Below, in pieces: positions 52,456 through 61,926 of a DNA stretch of 64,000 bases (position 1 is its first letter; every line of letters starts with the position of its first letter). Source of the DNA: a virus; IMG/VR virus record IMGVR_UViG_3300045988_159857, positions 32,001 through 96,000 of that record; one strand, given 5' to 3'. A program made the position numbers and the translations under genes. The notes under the pieces are model-generated. The model did no database searches, was not told the DNA's origin, and saw only the letters and a list, made by a program, of their open reading frames with translations.

Positions 52456-52791
52456 TTACTCTTTTTCCACTGTTACTGGAAAATGTTTAGCATTTTCAGC
52501 TCTAACGCTTACTTTAAGATATTTTGGTTTATATTCATCTTGGAGGTGTTGATAAACTCTGTCTACAACATCCTCTATAATAAGGTTCTGTCCTTGAATA
52601 TAATTATTAAAAAACTCTTCTTCGTCAAGATAGTCCATCATCACCGTACCAGGGGTAAACTGAACGGTTATATAGGTTGTGTAATAATCATGTCCAAGCG
52701 GACAATAAACTGTAAGAGTTTTATCAAAGGTTACTTTACTTATACCTTGTGTGTGTTCAAACTTAGCCAACTTGTCACCTTCTCTTAACAA
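52456..52791 (-). CDS. QueF-fold (T-fold) protein lacking the QueF NADPH motif
   Basis: VYCPLGHDYYTTYITVQF..MMDYLDEEEFF..LIIEDVV aligns with B. subtilis QueF SLCPKTGQPDFATIYISY..VESKSLKLYL..FHEDCM. The Cys is kept and the E(S/L)K(S/A)hK(L/Y)(Y/F/W) motif is absent. TTG start is uncertain, with an alternative at 52770. Confidence 0.55.
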   Translation of the reverse strand: MLREGDKLAKFEHTQGISKVTFDKTLTVYCPLGHDYYTTYITVQFTPGTVMMDYLDEEEFFNNYIQGQNLIIEDVVDRVYQHLQDEYKPKYLKVSVRAENAKHFPVTVEKE

Positions 52792-52807
52792 TATTATATA
52801 TATATAA

Positions 52808-53062
52808 TCACGAATTACTTCGTGTTGTTTTAATAATATTTATGAAATAATAAACATCTAATACCAATATAATACTATTAGAAATCATTGTACTATAAGC
52901 TAAAAATTTTATAGAATATATCACAAATAAGATAGAAGCCAAACCATTAAACGCCCTCATCAGTAACTGTGTCTTAACAGATTTACAATTAAACGTCATT
53001 GACAAGATAAGTAATATTGTTGCAAAAATTCCAAGACATTCATTAAACAACTTCATCAACAC
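52808..53062 (-). CDS. small 3-TM membrane protein
   Basis: 84 aa with three hydrophobic helices; first gene behind the promoter at 53080..53112. Confidence 0.6.
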   Translation of the reverse strand: MLMKLFNECLGIFATILLILSMTFNCKSVKTQLLMRAFNGLASILFVIYSIKFLAYSTMISNSIILVLDVYYFINIIKTTRSNS

Positions 53063-53079
53063 CTTTCATTTCAATGATT

Positions 53080-53112
53080 AGTATATATTAAATACAAATA
53101 AAATTCAACTAG
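53080..53112 (-). promoter_or_regulatory. SigA-type promoter (family variant CTAGTTGA)
   Basis: CTAG+TTGAAT (53103-53108), 17-nt spacer, TATACT (53080-53085). Confidence 0.55.
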
Positions 53113-54280
53113 TTACAGTGTAATTTTTCAAAATAGTTTTAAGTTGCTCTTCACTAAGTTCTTCATACATAGTTTTTATTTGTTCAAAACTTTTATTAAA
53201 ATCATTATTATTAGTTTCCATCAAATTTTTGAAATTATCTTCTACAATTACAGAAAATTCATCAAGATACCAATTCGTTACACAATATGTGTCAACAGAC
53301 ATTGGAACTGTTGGTATTATATTCTTAGCACTAGTTACCATATCATCAATTAAGTACTCTGAAGCTTTTTCTGAAAATTTTTCAGGTACCTCTATAAGGA
53401 TTTCATCGTGAACAGTATTTATTAGTTTTGCTTTGATATTATGAAGTCTTTCATCACTATAAATTTTTATAAGTGCTAATTTTGTAAGAGTTGCCGCTCC
53501 TCCCTGTACACAAGCATTTACACACTGTCTCTCAGCCTGACTTATAAATCCACCATTGTTTTTAATATCTATTTTATCTTTTATTGCATTTTCTTTGATT
53601 ACATTTATTTGTTTTAGACTTTTAGCTTCAAGTAATTGCTTCATATAAATATCTATTTTAGGATTCACAGTTTTACCAACAAGTCCTTTACAATATAACA
53701 AAGGATTTTCTGATATATTTGTTTTTTCAGATAAATCTTTCAAAGTAAACTTCGGTAATAAAATATCTGGTAATCGTCTTCTTCTACCTACAATGTCTTC
53801 AACATACCCTTTTGTATGTGCCATTTCCATAGTACTATCTATCCATTTTTTAACTGAAGGGAAAGCATTAAAAAATTTGTCTATTATTTCTTGTGCCTCC
53901 TCAGTAGACTTACCTATTTGTTCTCCAACAGACTTAGCACCTCTACCGTACAAAATACCTAAAAGTATACTTTTAGCTAATGTTCTTCTATGAGCTCCTT
54001 CTTTGTTTTTATGTGTCTTATACCCACAAGTAACTTTATTACCTTCGAAAACTATTTCAGTACCTTCAGGATAAAATTCTAGACATTCTTCATAAGGATA
54101 ATTGAACGACTGTGAAGCTATAACTGAATATAGGTCACGCTTTTGTTTATATGCCTCAATCATTCGAGGGTCGTTTGAATAGAAAGCTGTCAAACGAGGT
54201 TCCTGACCACTATAATCTCCGCCAACTATAACATTTTTACATCTTACATTAACACTATTTTTAACATCTTCCAAAGTCAA
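53105..54280 (-). CDS. polA: family A DNA polymerase, C-terminal part (motifs A-C)
   Basis: GGDYSGQEPRL (motif A), RRTLAKSILLGILYG (motif B), VHDEILIE (motif C). TTG start overlaps the stop of the N-terminal ORF. Confidence 0.85.
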   Translation of the reverse strand: MTLEDVKNSVNVRCKNVIVGGDYSGQEPRLTAFYSNDPRMIEAYKQKRDLYSVIASQSFNYPYEECLEFYPEGTEIVFEGNKVTCGYKTHKNKEGAHRRTLAKSILLGILYGRGAKSVGEQIGKSTEEAQEIIDKFFNAFPSVKKWIDSTMEMAHTKGYVEDIVGRRRRLPDILLPKFTLKDLSEKTNISENPLLYCKGLVGKTVNPKIDIYMKQLLEAKSLKQINVIKENAIKDKIDIKNNGGFISQAERQCVNACVQGGAATLTKLALIKIYSDERLHNIKAKLINTVHDEILIEVPEKFSEKASEYLIDDMVTSAKNIIPTVPMSVDTYCVTNWYLDEFSVIVEDNFKNLMETNNNDFNKSFEQIKTMYEELSEEQLKTILKNYTVTS

Positions 54281-55893
54281 ACCTCCTCGTTAACCAATTT
54301 ACAAGTAATTGTATACTTTGTACAAACATTTGTAATAGAAATAACTTCCAATTTACCATTTTTTGACAACACTAGGTCTCCAGAAACAAGTTCAAAAGGT
54401 TTTTTCCATCCATCTATAGTTTCAAGCTCATCATCTTTATCTAAAACTATTTTGTCGTTATCAACCGAATATTTATCATATGTATAATCAGCACAAAACA
54501 TTAACCGAATATTTTTACTTTTTGAAGGGATATTTTGAAGGTTAGGATTATTTGAACTATATCGACCTGTTTGAGCTCCTAATTGATTGAAACTTGCGTG
54601 TAGTCGATTATCTTTTTCTTGAACACATTCAGGTAACTTATCAATATACGTTCCAATCAGCTTTTGGAGTCCTCGCTGTGACAACACTAATTTACACAAG
54701 GGTATATCTATCTGTTTTAGAATGTCTTCTCCAGTTCCCCTTGGACTCTTTTTACTTTTTGGGGGTATAGCTAATACGTCATATAATAATATAGCAAACT
54801 GGGTAGGACTGGTTAATTCTGGAGGTGACTTTAGTTGCTCAGACTTTGAACGTTGGTACGTATATTCACCATTTTTGTTTGGTTTTTTACTTTTCGGTTT
54901 AAATATTGCAGCAGGCGTTTTTCTCCACTCGTTTATTTTATCCTCATATTTTAAAAGTTCTTCTGAAATTTGTTTATTAACTTCATCCTCAAGTTTATGA
55001 TACTTAACACTAAGTCTTTGGGCATATCCTTTGTCAATAGACATTCCTGCGAGTTCCATTTCGGCGGTTACAGTAACTATTGGCATTTCAATGTCGAAGA
55101 ATAACTTCTTTATTCTTGAGTTATCTGGTAAATCCATTTGAACTTTTTGCCATTCATAAAGTTTATATGTCATATAAGGGTCAGTAGCGGCATATAAGGC
55201 AAAAACTTTAGGGTCAACCAAAGCATATTCAAGATTCTTAAATAAATTTTCAATATCATATTTTTCAATTGACGGGTCAATTTTCTGTATATACTGCTCC
55301 TTCAATGATACGTGTTCATTTTCATTAAGAAGTGCAGCGGCTATAATAGTATCCCAATAAATATTAAGGGATAATCCACAAGTACATTTGATAACTTCAT
55401 AGTCAAACTTACCGTTGTGCATAATTATATTAGTATTTGATAATCGACTAAACTCGTGGGCTATCTGTTCTTCCGTTAATTGATTTTCCAGTCTTTCTCT
55501 TGTTTCAGGATTAACATGATTAACTGGAATATAAATGTTTTTCCCACCAGGAGTATAAATACAAGGACCCATTAGCTTACAACTAACGGGTTGTAAGCTA
55601 TTATTTGTCTCAGTGTCAATAGCTATAACACCGTTTGAAATCGCTAAGTTAATATAGTTATGTAAAGTAACTATATCAGTTATTACTTGAGTTTTCTCTT
55701 TGTAAATTCCTAAAATTCTATTTACTTCTTGTTCAATCTCCAAAAGTTGTTGTTTTAAGGACAAAGAACTATTTGATTTAGTCTTTGTCCTTTCACTTCT
55801 TTCTTTTGTGGGATTACTTATTTTTTTTATTATTTTTTTCGCTTTTTCGGGTGTCTTAGGAACAACAAATTCGTCTCCCCACAACGACGTCAT
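54277..55893 (-). CDS. polA: family A DNA polymerase, N-terminal part (3'-5' exonuclease + thumb)
   Basis: Exo motifs IAIDTETN and HNGKFDYEV, then GRYSSNNPNLQNIP. Ends after an about 70-aa insert, just before motif A. Confidence 0.85.
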   Translation of the reverse strand: MTSLWGDEFVVPKTPEKAKKIIKKISNPTKERSERTKTKSNSSLSLKQQLLEIEQEVNRILGIYKEKTQVITDIVTLHNYINLAISNGVIAIDTETNNSLQPVSCKLMGPCIYTPGGKNIYIPVNHVNPETRERLENQLTEEQIAHEFSRLSNTNIIMHNGKFDYEVIKCTCGLSLNIYWDTIIAAALLNENEHVSLKEQYIQKIDPSIEKYDIENLFKNLEYALVDPKVFALYAATDPYMTYKLYEWQKVQMDLPDNSRIKKLFFDIEMPIVTVTAEMELAGMSIDKGYAQRLSVKYHKLEDEVNKQISEELLKYEDKINEWRKTPAAIFKPKSKKPNKNGEYTYQRSKSEQLKSPPELTSPTQFAILLYDVLAIPPKSKKSPRGTGEDILKQIDIPLCKLVLSQRGLQKLIGTYIDKLPECVQEKDNRLHASFNQLGAQTGRYSSNNPNLQNIPSKSKNIRLMFCADYTYDKYSVDNDKIVLDKDDELETIDGWKKPFELVSGDLVLSKNGKLEVISITNVCTKYTITCKLVNEEV

Positions 55894-56705
55894 TAGTAAT
55901 ACCTCGTAGGACGACTAACGGTGGTAGTGGTACCTGTTATATTATTACCGGAAGGTGTAGTATTGTTAATGGGAGAGTTGTTAATGAAAGGTGGTGTAGT
56001 ATTAAACGAGTTTGGGTTAGTAACCGGGGGTGTAACTGTTCCATAATTACTGTTAATTGTGGGAGTAACATTGTTTGTATTACTACTTTCTTTTGAGTCA
56101 TTAAAACTTCCTGTTTCAATAAATTCCTTTAACTCTTCGTAATTCTTATCAAGTACAGCGTTACCGACTGCTTCATACCCTTTAAAAGCATCATCTATCT
56201 TTGGATACAAATCATTATGATAAATTGAAGGGTTACCAAAAAGAATTTCATATTTAGTTGTTTTATCTCCAGGTTTACCGTTTCTACGAATCTTAAAAAT
56301 ACAATCTGACAACGGTCCATACTCCTCGAGAAGAGACATTAACTTCTGTGACATAGACTTTGCAGCTCTACTCCAGACAACAGGAACCGGAACAATTTTA
56401 CCTTCCTCATCCTTAACATAGTTAATCATATGAACATATATTGTCTGTTTCACAGGTAATTCACACTCACAAAAAGGACAATTTGTAACTGGTTGACCGA
56501 TTTCTCTTATACAGTTCACACTACGATACTTACCATCAATCGTAACAGTATGATTAGTTACGATATCAAAGGTTTCAGGACTATCGTGCATGATACGAAC
56601 AATAGCTTCATCACCATCGTTCTTCAATGAAAAGAATTTAACCCTATTATTGTCACTACTTGTAGATGACATTTCATTTAACTGTTGAAAATTTATCTTC
56701 GCCAT
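55893..56705 (-). CDS. phage ssDNA-binding protein candidate (Zn-finger OB type) with N/T/P-rich tail
   Basis: FFSLKNDGDEAIVRIMHD..VNCI..CPFCE..KYEILF pattern. Located between the polymerase and the primase. Confidence 0.5.
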   Translation of the reverse strand: MAKINFQQLNEMSSTSSDNNRVKFFSLKNDGDEAIVRIMHDSPETFDIVTNHTVTIDGKYRSVNCIREIGQPVTNCPFCECELPVKQTIYVHMINYVKDEEGKIVPVPVVWSRAAKSMSQKLMSLLEEYGPLSDCIFKIRRNGKPGDKTTKYEILFGNPSIYHNDLYPKIDDAFKGYEAVGNAVLDKNYEELKEFIETGSFNDSKESSNTNNVTPTINSNYGTVTPPVTNPNSFNTTPPFINNSPINNTTPSGNNITGTTTTVSRPTRYY

Positions 56706-56737
56706 TTTATTTCTCCTTTATATATATTATATTATGT

Positions 56738-56770
56738 ATTTTATATTAAAACTTCTTAATATTCAACTAA
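56738..56770 (-). promoter_or_regulatory. SigA-type promoter (TTAGTTGA family)
   Basis: TTAG+TTGAAT (56761-56766), 17-nt spacer, TAAAAT (56738-56743). The box lies in the last codons of the primase gene. Confidence 0.5.
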
Positions 56771-57706
56771 ATTTAAATTATCAAACTCGGTTTTTGTTAA
56801 ATCGTTAACATCTTTTGTAAAAGGAATTTTTTTACCTGAAACAAAAACATCCTTCCTAATATTTTGTAAAAACCTTTCAGTTCCCTTTTGTCCTGCGGCG
56901 TCTCCGTCAAAACAAAGTACATAATTTCTTATAGGACATTTATTAAGTATTTCATATTGATGGGTAGTTCCTGTACCAAAAAGCCCAATAGCTGGATACC
57001 CCCAAGACCACAAAGTTAAAACATTTATTTGACTTTCCGCTACATAGACTTTTTTGTACCCTTGTTTAATTACTTCGTTTAATAAATATACCGGTTTCTC
57101 AACATCTTTTGGTATATTAAATATTTTTGAATCTACATTTCTTCTAGTTATCATAACTAACCTATTACTACTATCCCAAACAGGGAAAGTTATAGAATTA
57201 GATTTACTGTCAAAACCTATCTTAAAGTAGTCAACAACATTTTTAGATAGTTTCCTTTTCCACATATAAGGATGATAAAAAGCATATTTGTTTAATTCGT
57301 TTTCATTTAGAAATTTATTTTTCTTACATTTATATATGTTTATTTCAGGTAAACATAGATAATTAGAATTATACGAGGTACCAAAGTTTTCTAACAACCA
57401 CTCTTTACCAAAAGCTTCTGTCTCCTCAAAACATTTACCTACAAATTGTGGTAAATTAGCCGTATACCCACAAGTAAAACAATGTACTTTTCCGTACTCA
57501 ACATTAGGGTTGTCTTCACGACAGTAAATATTGCAAGAAGGGTGTCTCTCCATACCATTTTTATGATTAGGACAGGTCACTAAGACATTGTCTCTTTCTA
57601 CCTCTCCAATATCACTTAGTAATCCGTTTTTTAATTCACTTTTAAGTTTTTTAAGAATAACAGGTATAGGAGTATCTATACACTTATTATTTATAATTAA
57701 CTTCAT
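56756..57706 (-). CDS. dnaG: DNA primase (DnaG-type: CHC2 zinc finger + TOPRIM)
   Basis: CPNHKNG..HPSC..HCFTCG, then VAESQINVL..CFDGDAAGQKG. Confidence 0.85.
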   Translation of the reverse strand: MKLIINNKCIDTPIPVILKKLKSELKNGLLSDIGEVERDNVLVTCPNHKNGMERHPSCNIYCREDNPNVEYGKVHCFTCGYTANLPQFVGKCFEETEAFGKEWLLENFGTSYNSNYLCLPEINIYKCKKNKFLNENELNKYAFYHPYMWKRKLSKNVVDYFKIGFDSKSNSITFPVWDSSNRLVMITRRNVDSKIFNIPKDVEKPVYLLNEVIKQGYKKVYVAESQINVLTLWSWGYPAIGLFGTGTTHQYEILNKCPIRNYVLCFDGDAAGQKGTERFLQNIRKDVFVSGKKIPFTKDVNDLTKTEFDNLNLVEY

Positions 57707-58974
57707 TAAAAGACATCATCCTCTAAACAATTATCACTTTCAAACTCATCTTTTAATTTTTCACAAGCTTGTGCATCAGTACCATCATTAGGTAAAAACT
57801 GGAATATACCTTTATCAAAATCACAAACATATTTAAGATGTTTATCATTTACAGAATCTCGAGCTTTGGTGAGATGTAAAGTCAGTACACCATCTTTTTG
57901 TTCAATAAATATAACTATTGTACTGTCTTGTGATATTCGGTCACTTTGTGCTATATTGGCTGTACTTGGAGAATTGTTAAACTCACTACGATTTTGCTGA
58001 GATACAGCTATAATCGGTATTTGTTTCAATACCTGTAAATTTTTCAAATCTCTTGAAATATTTGCAGCTTTTTCAACCGGGTTTTTAGCTTTTCTATCAT
58101 CCTCTAACAATGAGTGTTGGTCAACAAACAATATGTCTAATTTTTCTTTTTCTACAAAAGCTCTGAGTGCCGTAACACATGCCGGACCGTTTATCATAGT
58201 AGGTGTAAGAACCTTAAGAGAACCTTTATACCTTGTTTTAAGGCTATCTATATATTTTTTATACTCACCCTCAACATTTATATTACCTCTTAATAAACTA
58301 CTGTTTGACAAATGGCTTACCAAGGTGTCAAATCTATAACCTACCTTACGTTCACTCATTTCTCCTGAATATAAACCTACTTTTAAACCTTGTTCAAGTG
58401 CTGCAATCGCCATTTTTAACAATATCCAAGATTTACCAACACCAGGTCTTGCAGCTATCGTTGCAAGTTCTTCTGACTTATCCCAACCCCCTATTAAATC
58501 ATCTAATTCATTAAATCCAGTTTTAATGTAATAATGAGAAAAATCTTGACACTTATCTACATAACTATCATAACGACTTGTATCTTGAGTTATGTCAACA
58601 CAATCCAAAGGTACCGCTTTTGATAAGTCGTTTGAAGCGTTCATATAAACCTTCATAGCTTCTTCGGTTTTTCCATTTTCAAGTAAGTGTCTAACAGAGT
58701 TAAAAGTTTTAGCTAAAAATCTGGTATTATAGTCGTTATATAACTCATTTAATAGATAACTTGTCGGTTCATTTACCTGTAATACTTCAAAATCTGGAAA
58801 CTTGTCTAAAAAAGATACTTTATCAGGAATTGTACCGTATTCATTAAGATGTGACTTTATATAATTATACTCATTAGGATAATCACAAAAGTACTCGTCA
58901 CTTAAATTATTAAATAAGATTATTGACGAATCCTTTTTATCAAGTATGACATTTAGAAGTTGTAATTGAACCAT
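57706..58974 (-). CDS. dnaB: replicative DNA helicase (DnaB family)
   Basis: GFNELDDLIGG, Walker A AARPGVGKSW, LFVDQHSLL and AVSQQNR. Confidence 0.9.
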   Translation of the reverse strand: MVQLQLLNVILDKKDSSIILFNNLSDEYFCDYPNEYNYIKSHLNEYGTIPDKVSFLDKFPDFEVLQVNEPTSYLLNELYNDYNTRFLAKTFNSVRHLLENGKTEEAMKVYMNASNDLSKAVPLDCVDITQDTSRYDSYVDKCQDFSHYYIKTGFNELDDLIGGWDKSEELATIAARPGVGKSWILLKMAIAALEQGLKVGLYSGEMSERKVGYRFDTLVSHLSNSSLLRGNINVEGEYKKYIDSLKTRYKGSLKVLTPTMINGPACVTALRAFVEKEKLDILFVDQHSLLEDDRKAKNPVEKAANISRDLKNLQVLKQIPIIAVSQQNRSEFNNSPSTANIAQSDRISQDSTIVIFIEQKDGVLTLHLTKARDSVNDKHLKYVCDFDKGIFQFLPNDGTDAQACEKLKDEFESDNCLEDDVF

Positions 58975-59669
58975 TATATAATACCCCTTTTATCTAAACC
59001 TTTAAACTCTATTTTTTCAGATTTTGTAACAACTCGAGAATAAAGCCTATCCCCAACACCATCCCTTAATTCCTCAGGGCTAAGATTTGAGGTGAATATT
59101 TGACATTTATTGTTATCAATACGATTATTGATAAAACTTAATAAATGTTCATGTTCAAATGAAGTAAGGTTCTTAGTACCAATTTCATCCCAAACAACAA
59201 TATCAGCGTTATAAATATTATGTTTAATATGTTCAATATATTCAACATTTTCCGATATATTGTTTTTTAACTGTATGAAAAAATTTGGTACATTTATAAA
59301 CAAAGCTTTACAACTCATATCACATTTATACCAAATACTGTTAAGATAGGCTTGTATTAGTCTAATCGACCACGCTGTTTTACCATTTCCACAAATATGA
59401 GAATAAATATACAAAGAATTACCGGACTTAACAAAGTCCTCAATATTATTCTCAATATTTTTAAGATGACTAAACTCGATTTTATCCGTTCCGTCAGCAT
59501 CAGTTCTTAAGGGAATATAATTTCGTTGTTTTTCCGTTAATAAGGATTCTTTATAAAAATAATCTAACTTAAAAAGTTTTATACAAAAAGAATTGTCCTC
59601 TAATTTACAATTACCTTTACTAAATTTTTTACAGTTATTGTATAAAAAACAATCTCTAGATAATATCAT
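58974..59669 (-). CDS. helicase-loader ATPase (DnaC/DnaI/IstB-like)
   Basis: P-loop HICGNGKTAW and Walker B IVVWDEIG, next to dnaB. Confidence 0.65.
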   Translation of the reverse strand: MILSRDCFLYNNCKKFSKGNCKLEDNSFCIKLFKLDYFYKESLLTEKQRNYIPLRTDADGTDKIEFSHLKNIENNIEDFVKSGNSLYIYSHICGNGKTAWSIRLIQAYLNSIWYKCDMSCKALFINVPNFFIQLKNNISENVEYIEHIKHNIYNADIVVWDEIGTKNLTSFEHEHLLSFINNRIDNNKCQIFTSNLSPEELRDGVGDRLYSRVVTKSEKIEFKGLDKRGII

Positions 59670-60385
59670 TAAAACACCTCACTGGACAAGTCTTCTAAGT
59701 TAGTAGCAACCTTATTTATAGTTGTATTAACACGATAACTTAATTTATAATTCTTTTCGTAGTTAACAATAGCCCAATGAATATCTTTATAACCATTCAC
59801 GGAAGCTATTTCTAGAATTTTCAAAGCCATATCTAAATCACGATGTGTGTATTCGTCAATAGTTTTCATAGCTACTTCTACCGCTTTTTTAGTCATCCAA
59901 CCAAACTTTATGTAAACAGAATCTATCCACGTACTATAAGCTAATTTTAGTTCTTCATTAGTTACACTGTCAAGTAACTTTTTAAGGTTAAATTTAATAG
60001 ACTCTTCTTTGGTTAAACGTTTATTTTTTCGTTTTGAAACTTTTTGTACTTCTTCTATAAGGACAGAATCCGTTGTACTCATTAACCGTATAAGATTGTC
60101 TAAATTTATTCTTATAAGGTTACTATTTTCGACTCTTTCAAGAATTTCTAACTTTACAAGATTTGTCTCAATACTTAACTGTTCCTCTGTTGTTAATGTT
60201 GTACGTTCCGTTATGTATTCTCTTTTTAAGTCAAAATAACCTTCAGATAATTTATTCTTTTTTATTGCCTTATCGTTTATGTTTAACAATTCAGCTAAAT
60301 AAATAGCTGTATGTAACCCAAAAAGTTGTGCAACTTTATAATTATACGAAACAAGGTTAGCGTTACTAAGCAAATCAATTAACAT
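59669..60385 (-). CDS. possible replication-initiation/organiser protein
   Basis: Sits upstream of the loader and helicase genes. No strong motif. Confidence 0.3.
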   Translation of the reverse strand: MLIDLLSNANLVSYNYKVAQLFGLHTAIYLAELLNINDKAIKKNKLSEGYFDLKREYITERTTLTTEEQLSIETNLVKLEILERVENSNLIRINLDNLIRLMSTTDSVLIEEVQKVSKRKNKRLTKEESIKFNLKKLLDSVTNEELKLAYSTWIDSVYIKFGWMTKKAVEVAMKTIDEYTHRDLDMALKILEIASVNGYKDIHWAIVNYEKNYKLSYRVNTTINKVATNLEDLSSEVF

Positions 60386-60387
60386 AA

Positions 60388-61158
60388 TTACTTCATCTCT
60401 TTTAAGATTTTTTTAAGTCTTATAATATTATACTCCAGTTTTTTCTTCAACATCACAGGAGTAAGATTAACAACATATTCAGTACCTTCTTTAACCTTTT
60501 CAACAGGTAATGAATACCTATTTGCAAATTCATTACAAAAAGTATCGTCAAGTTTTCTTAAATACAATGATAGATTCTTCTCATATGTTTTATTTTTAAG
60601 TATATCATCGTATATAACTGCGTCTATAATAAAAGCTATCATATATTCTTGTGTGTTAAAAAACTTTATAACCATTTCAGTTATTTCGAAGATATTATCG
60701 TCAGTATATTTAGGTATAAATATATCACTATAATCATCTTTTAATGTATCTAAGGATAATGTTTCGCTATTTATTTTTCTATTAAACCGATTAAGTTGTT
60801 GATAAAAAGTTAAGCGATGAGACTCCATAACTCTATTTATAACTTTATCAGGACCATTAACATCATTATAAATACTAGAACCTTCTTTTTCCCAAGGTTT
60901 GCGATTCATTGCATACAATACAGCTATTTCTAACCATTCATGAATATCCTCAGGGGTTGTAACAAGTTTACACCTATAATAAAATTGTGATATTTTATTC
61001 CAATATTTTAACATTATTGCTGACACATAACCGTCTTTTAACGGTCCTTTTGGTAAATCCGCTGCAGTTCTGATTAAATCATTTTTATCTATCGATTTCC
61101 AATCGGGTAAATAACATTCAGCACATTGTGTGTAAATGTCCTTCACTCCCTCTAACAC
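60388..61158 (-). CDS. hypothetical protein (possible sigma-like factor)
   Basis: 256-aa ORF; first gene of the replication operon behind the promoter at 61232..61264. The functional guess is weak. Confidence 0.3.
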   Translation of the reverse strand: MLEGVKDIYTQCAECYLPDWKSIDKNDLIRTAADLPKGPLKDGYVSAIMLKYWNKISQFYYRCKLVTTPEDIHEWLEIAVLYAMNRKPWEKEGSSIYNDVNGPDKVINRVMESHRLTFYQQLNRFNRKINSETLSLDTLKDDYSDIFIPKYTDDNIFEITEMVIKFFNTQEYMIAFIIDAVIYDDILKNKTYEKNLSLYLRKLDDTFCNEFANRYSLPVEKVKEGTEYVVNLTPVMLKKKLEYNIIRLKKILKEMK

Positions 61159-61231
61159 TTACTTTTTCTCCTTTTAATTGCAGATAAGTAGATAAATTTA
61201 ATAAATTCTTTAACTTTTTAATTCTTAATTT

Positions 61232-61264
61232 AGTATATAATAAAATATAAATTTAATCAACTAA
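61232..61264 (-). promoter_or_regulatory. SigA-type promoter (TTAGTTGA family)
   Basis: TTAG+TTGATT (61255-61260), 17-nt spacer, TATACT (61232-61237). Confidence 0.6.
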
Positions 61265-61290
61265 AAAGGGTGTACAATGTACACCCTTTC
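61262..61290 (-). terminator. rho-independent terminator fused to the promoter box
   Basis: 11-bp stem AAAGGGTGTAC/GTACACCCTTT (61265-61275/61279-61289). The U-tract continues as TTTTTAGTTGA. Confidence 0.7.
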
Positions 61291-61298
61291 TCTAATAG

Positions 61299-61925
61299 TT
61301 ATTTACGAATCAAATCATAAAATTCAGAACGTAGAGCAGGGTTTGTTTTGAAATGTCCCCTTAAAGCGGCTGTCCTTGTCACTGTCCCGGGTTTCTTGAC
61401 ACCTCGCATAGTCATACAGGTATGTTCCCCTTCAATAACGACAATAATATTGTCAGTATTAAGAATTTTACTTAATACCTCTGCAATATCAGTTCCAAGT
61501 CTTTCTTGAAGTTGAGGTCTTTTTGCACACATCTCTGCTACACGGGCTATCTTTGATAAACCAATTACCTTACCGTTGGGAATATATCCTACCGAAACAG
61601 TTGCATTAACCATAGGAAGAAGATGGTGTTCACACATTGAGTAAATCGGGATATGTCCTTCAACGACTAAGTCTCCACTTTCAACGTCCTCAAAACAAAC
61701 ATCGAATTTTTTAGCAATTTCGTCGTTTGTATAATCAAGTCCTTCAAAGATTTCTTTCCAAGCTTTATAAAAACGATGTGGCGTTTTTACCAAACCTTCT
61801 CGGTTAGGGTCTTCACCTATACACACAAGCATATTTCTAACACAAGTTTCAAAAATATCTTCAACAGACCCGTTCTTGTTTATGTTTTTTATTTCTTCTC
61901 TGTTAAGTGTTTCGTCGGTCCTCAT
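61299..61925 (-). CDS. folE: GTP cyclohydrolase I
   Basis: SMCEHHLLPM, VIEGEHTCM and a GLSK.ARV pattern. Confidence 0.9.
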   Translation of the reverse strand: MRTDETLNREEIKNINKNGSVEDIFETCVRNMLVCIGEDPNREGLVKTPHRFYKAWKEIFEGLDYTNDEIAKKFDVCFEDVESGDLVVEGHIPIYSMCEHHLLPMVNATVSVGYIPNGKVIGLSKIARVAEMCAKRPQLQERLGTDIAEVLSKILNTDNIIVVIEGEHTCMTMRGVKKPGTVTRTAALRGHFKTNPALRSEFYDLIRK

Positions 61926-61926
61926 A

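Noticed and set aside
54200-54480. Split intein or intein remnant at the PolA break.
   Set aside because: - The C-terminal ORF has only about 20 residues before motif A and lacks the terminal His-Asn plus nucleophile.
- The N-side insert lacks a block A/B intein pattern.
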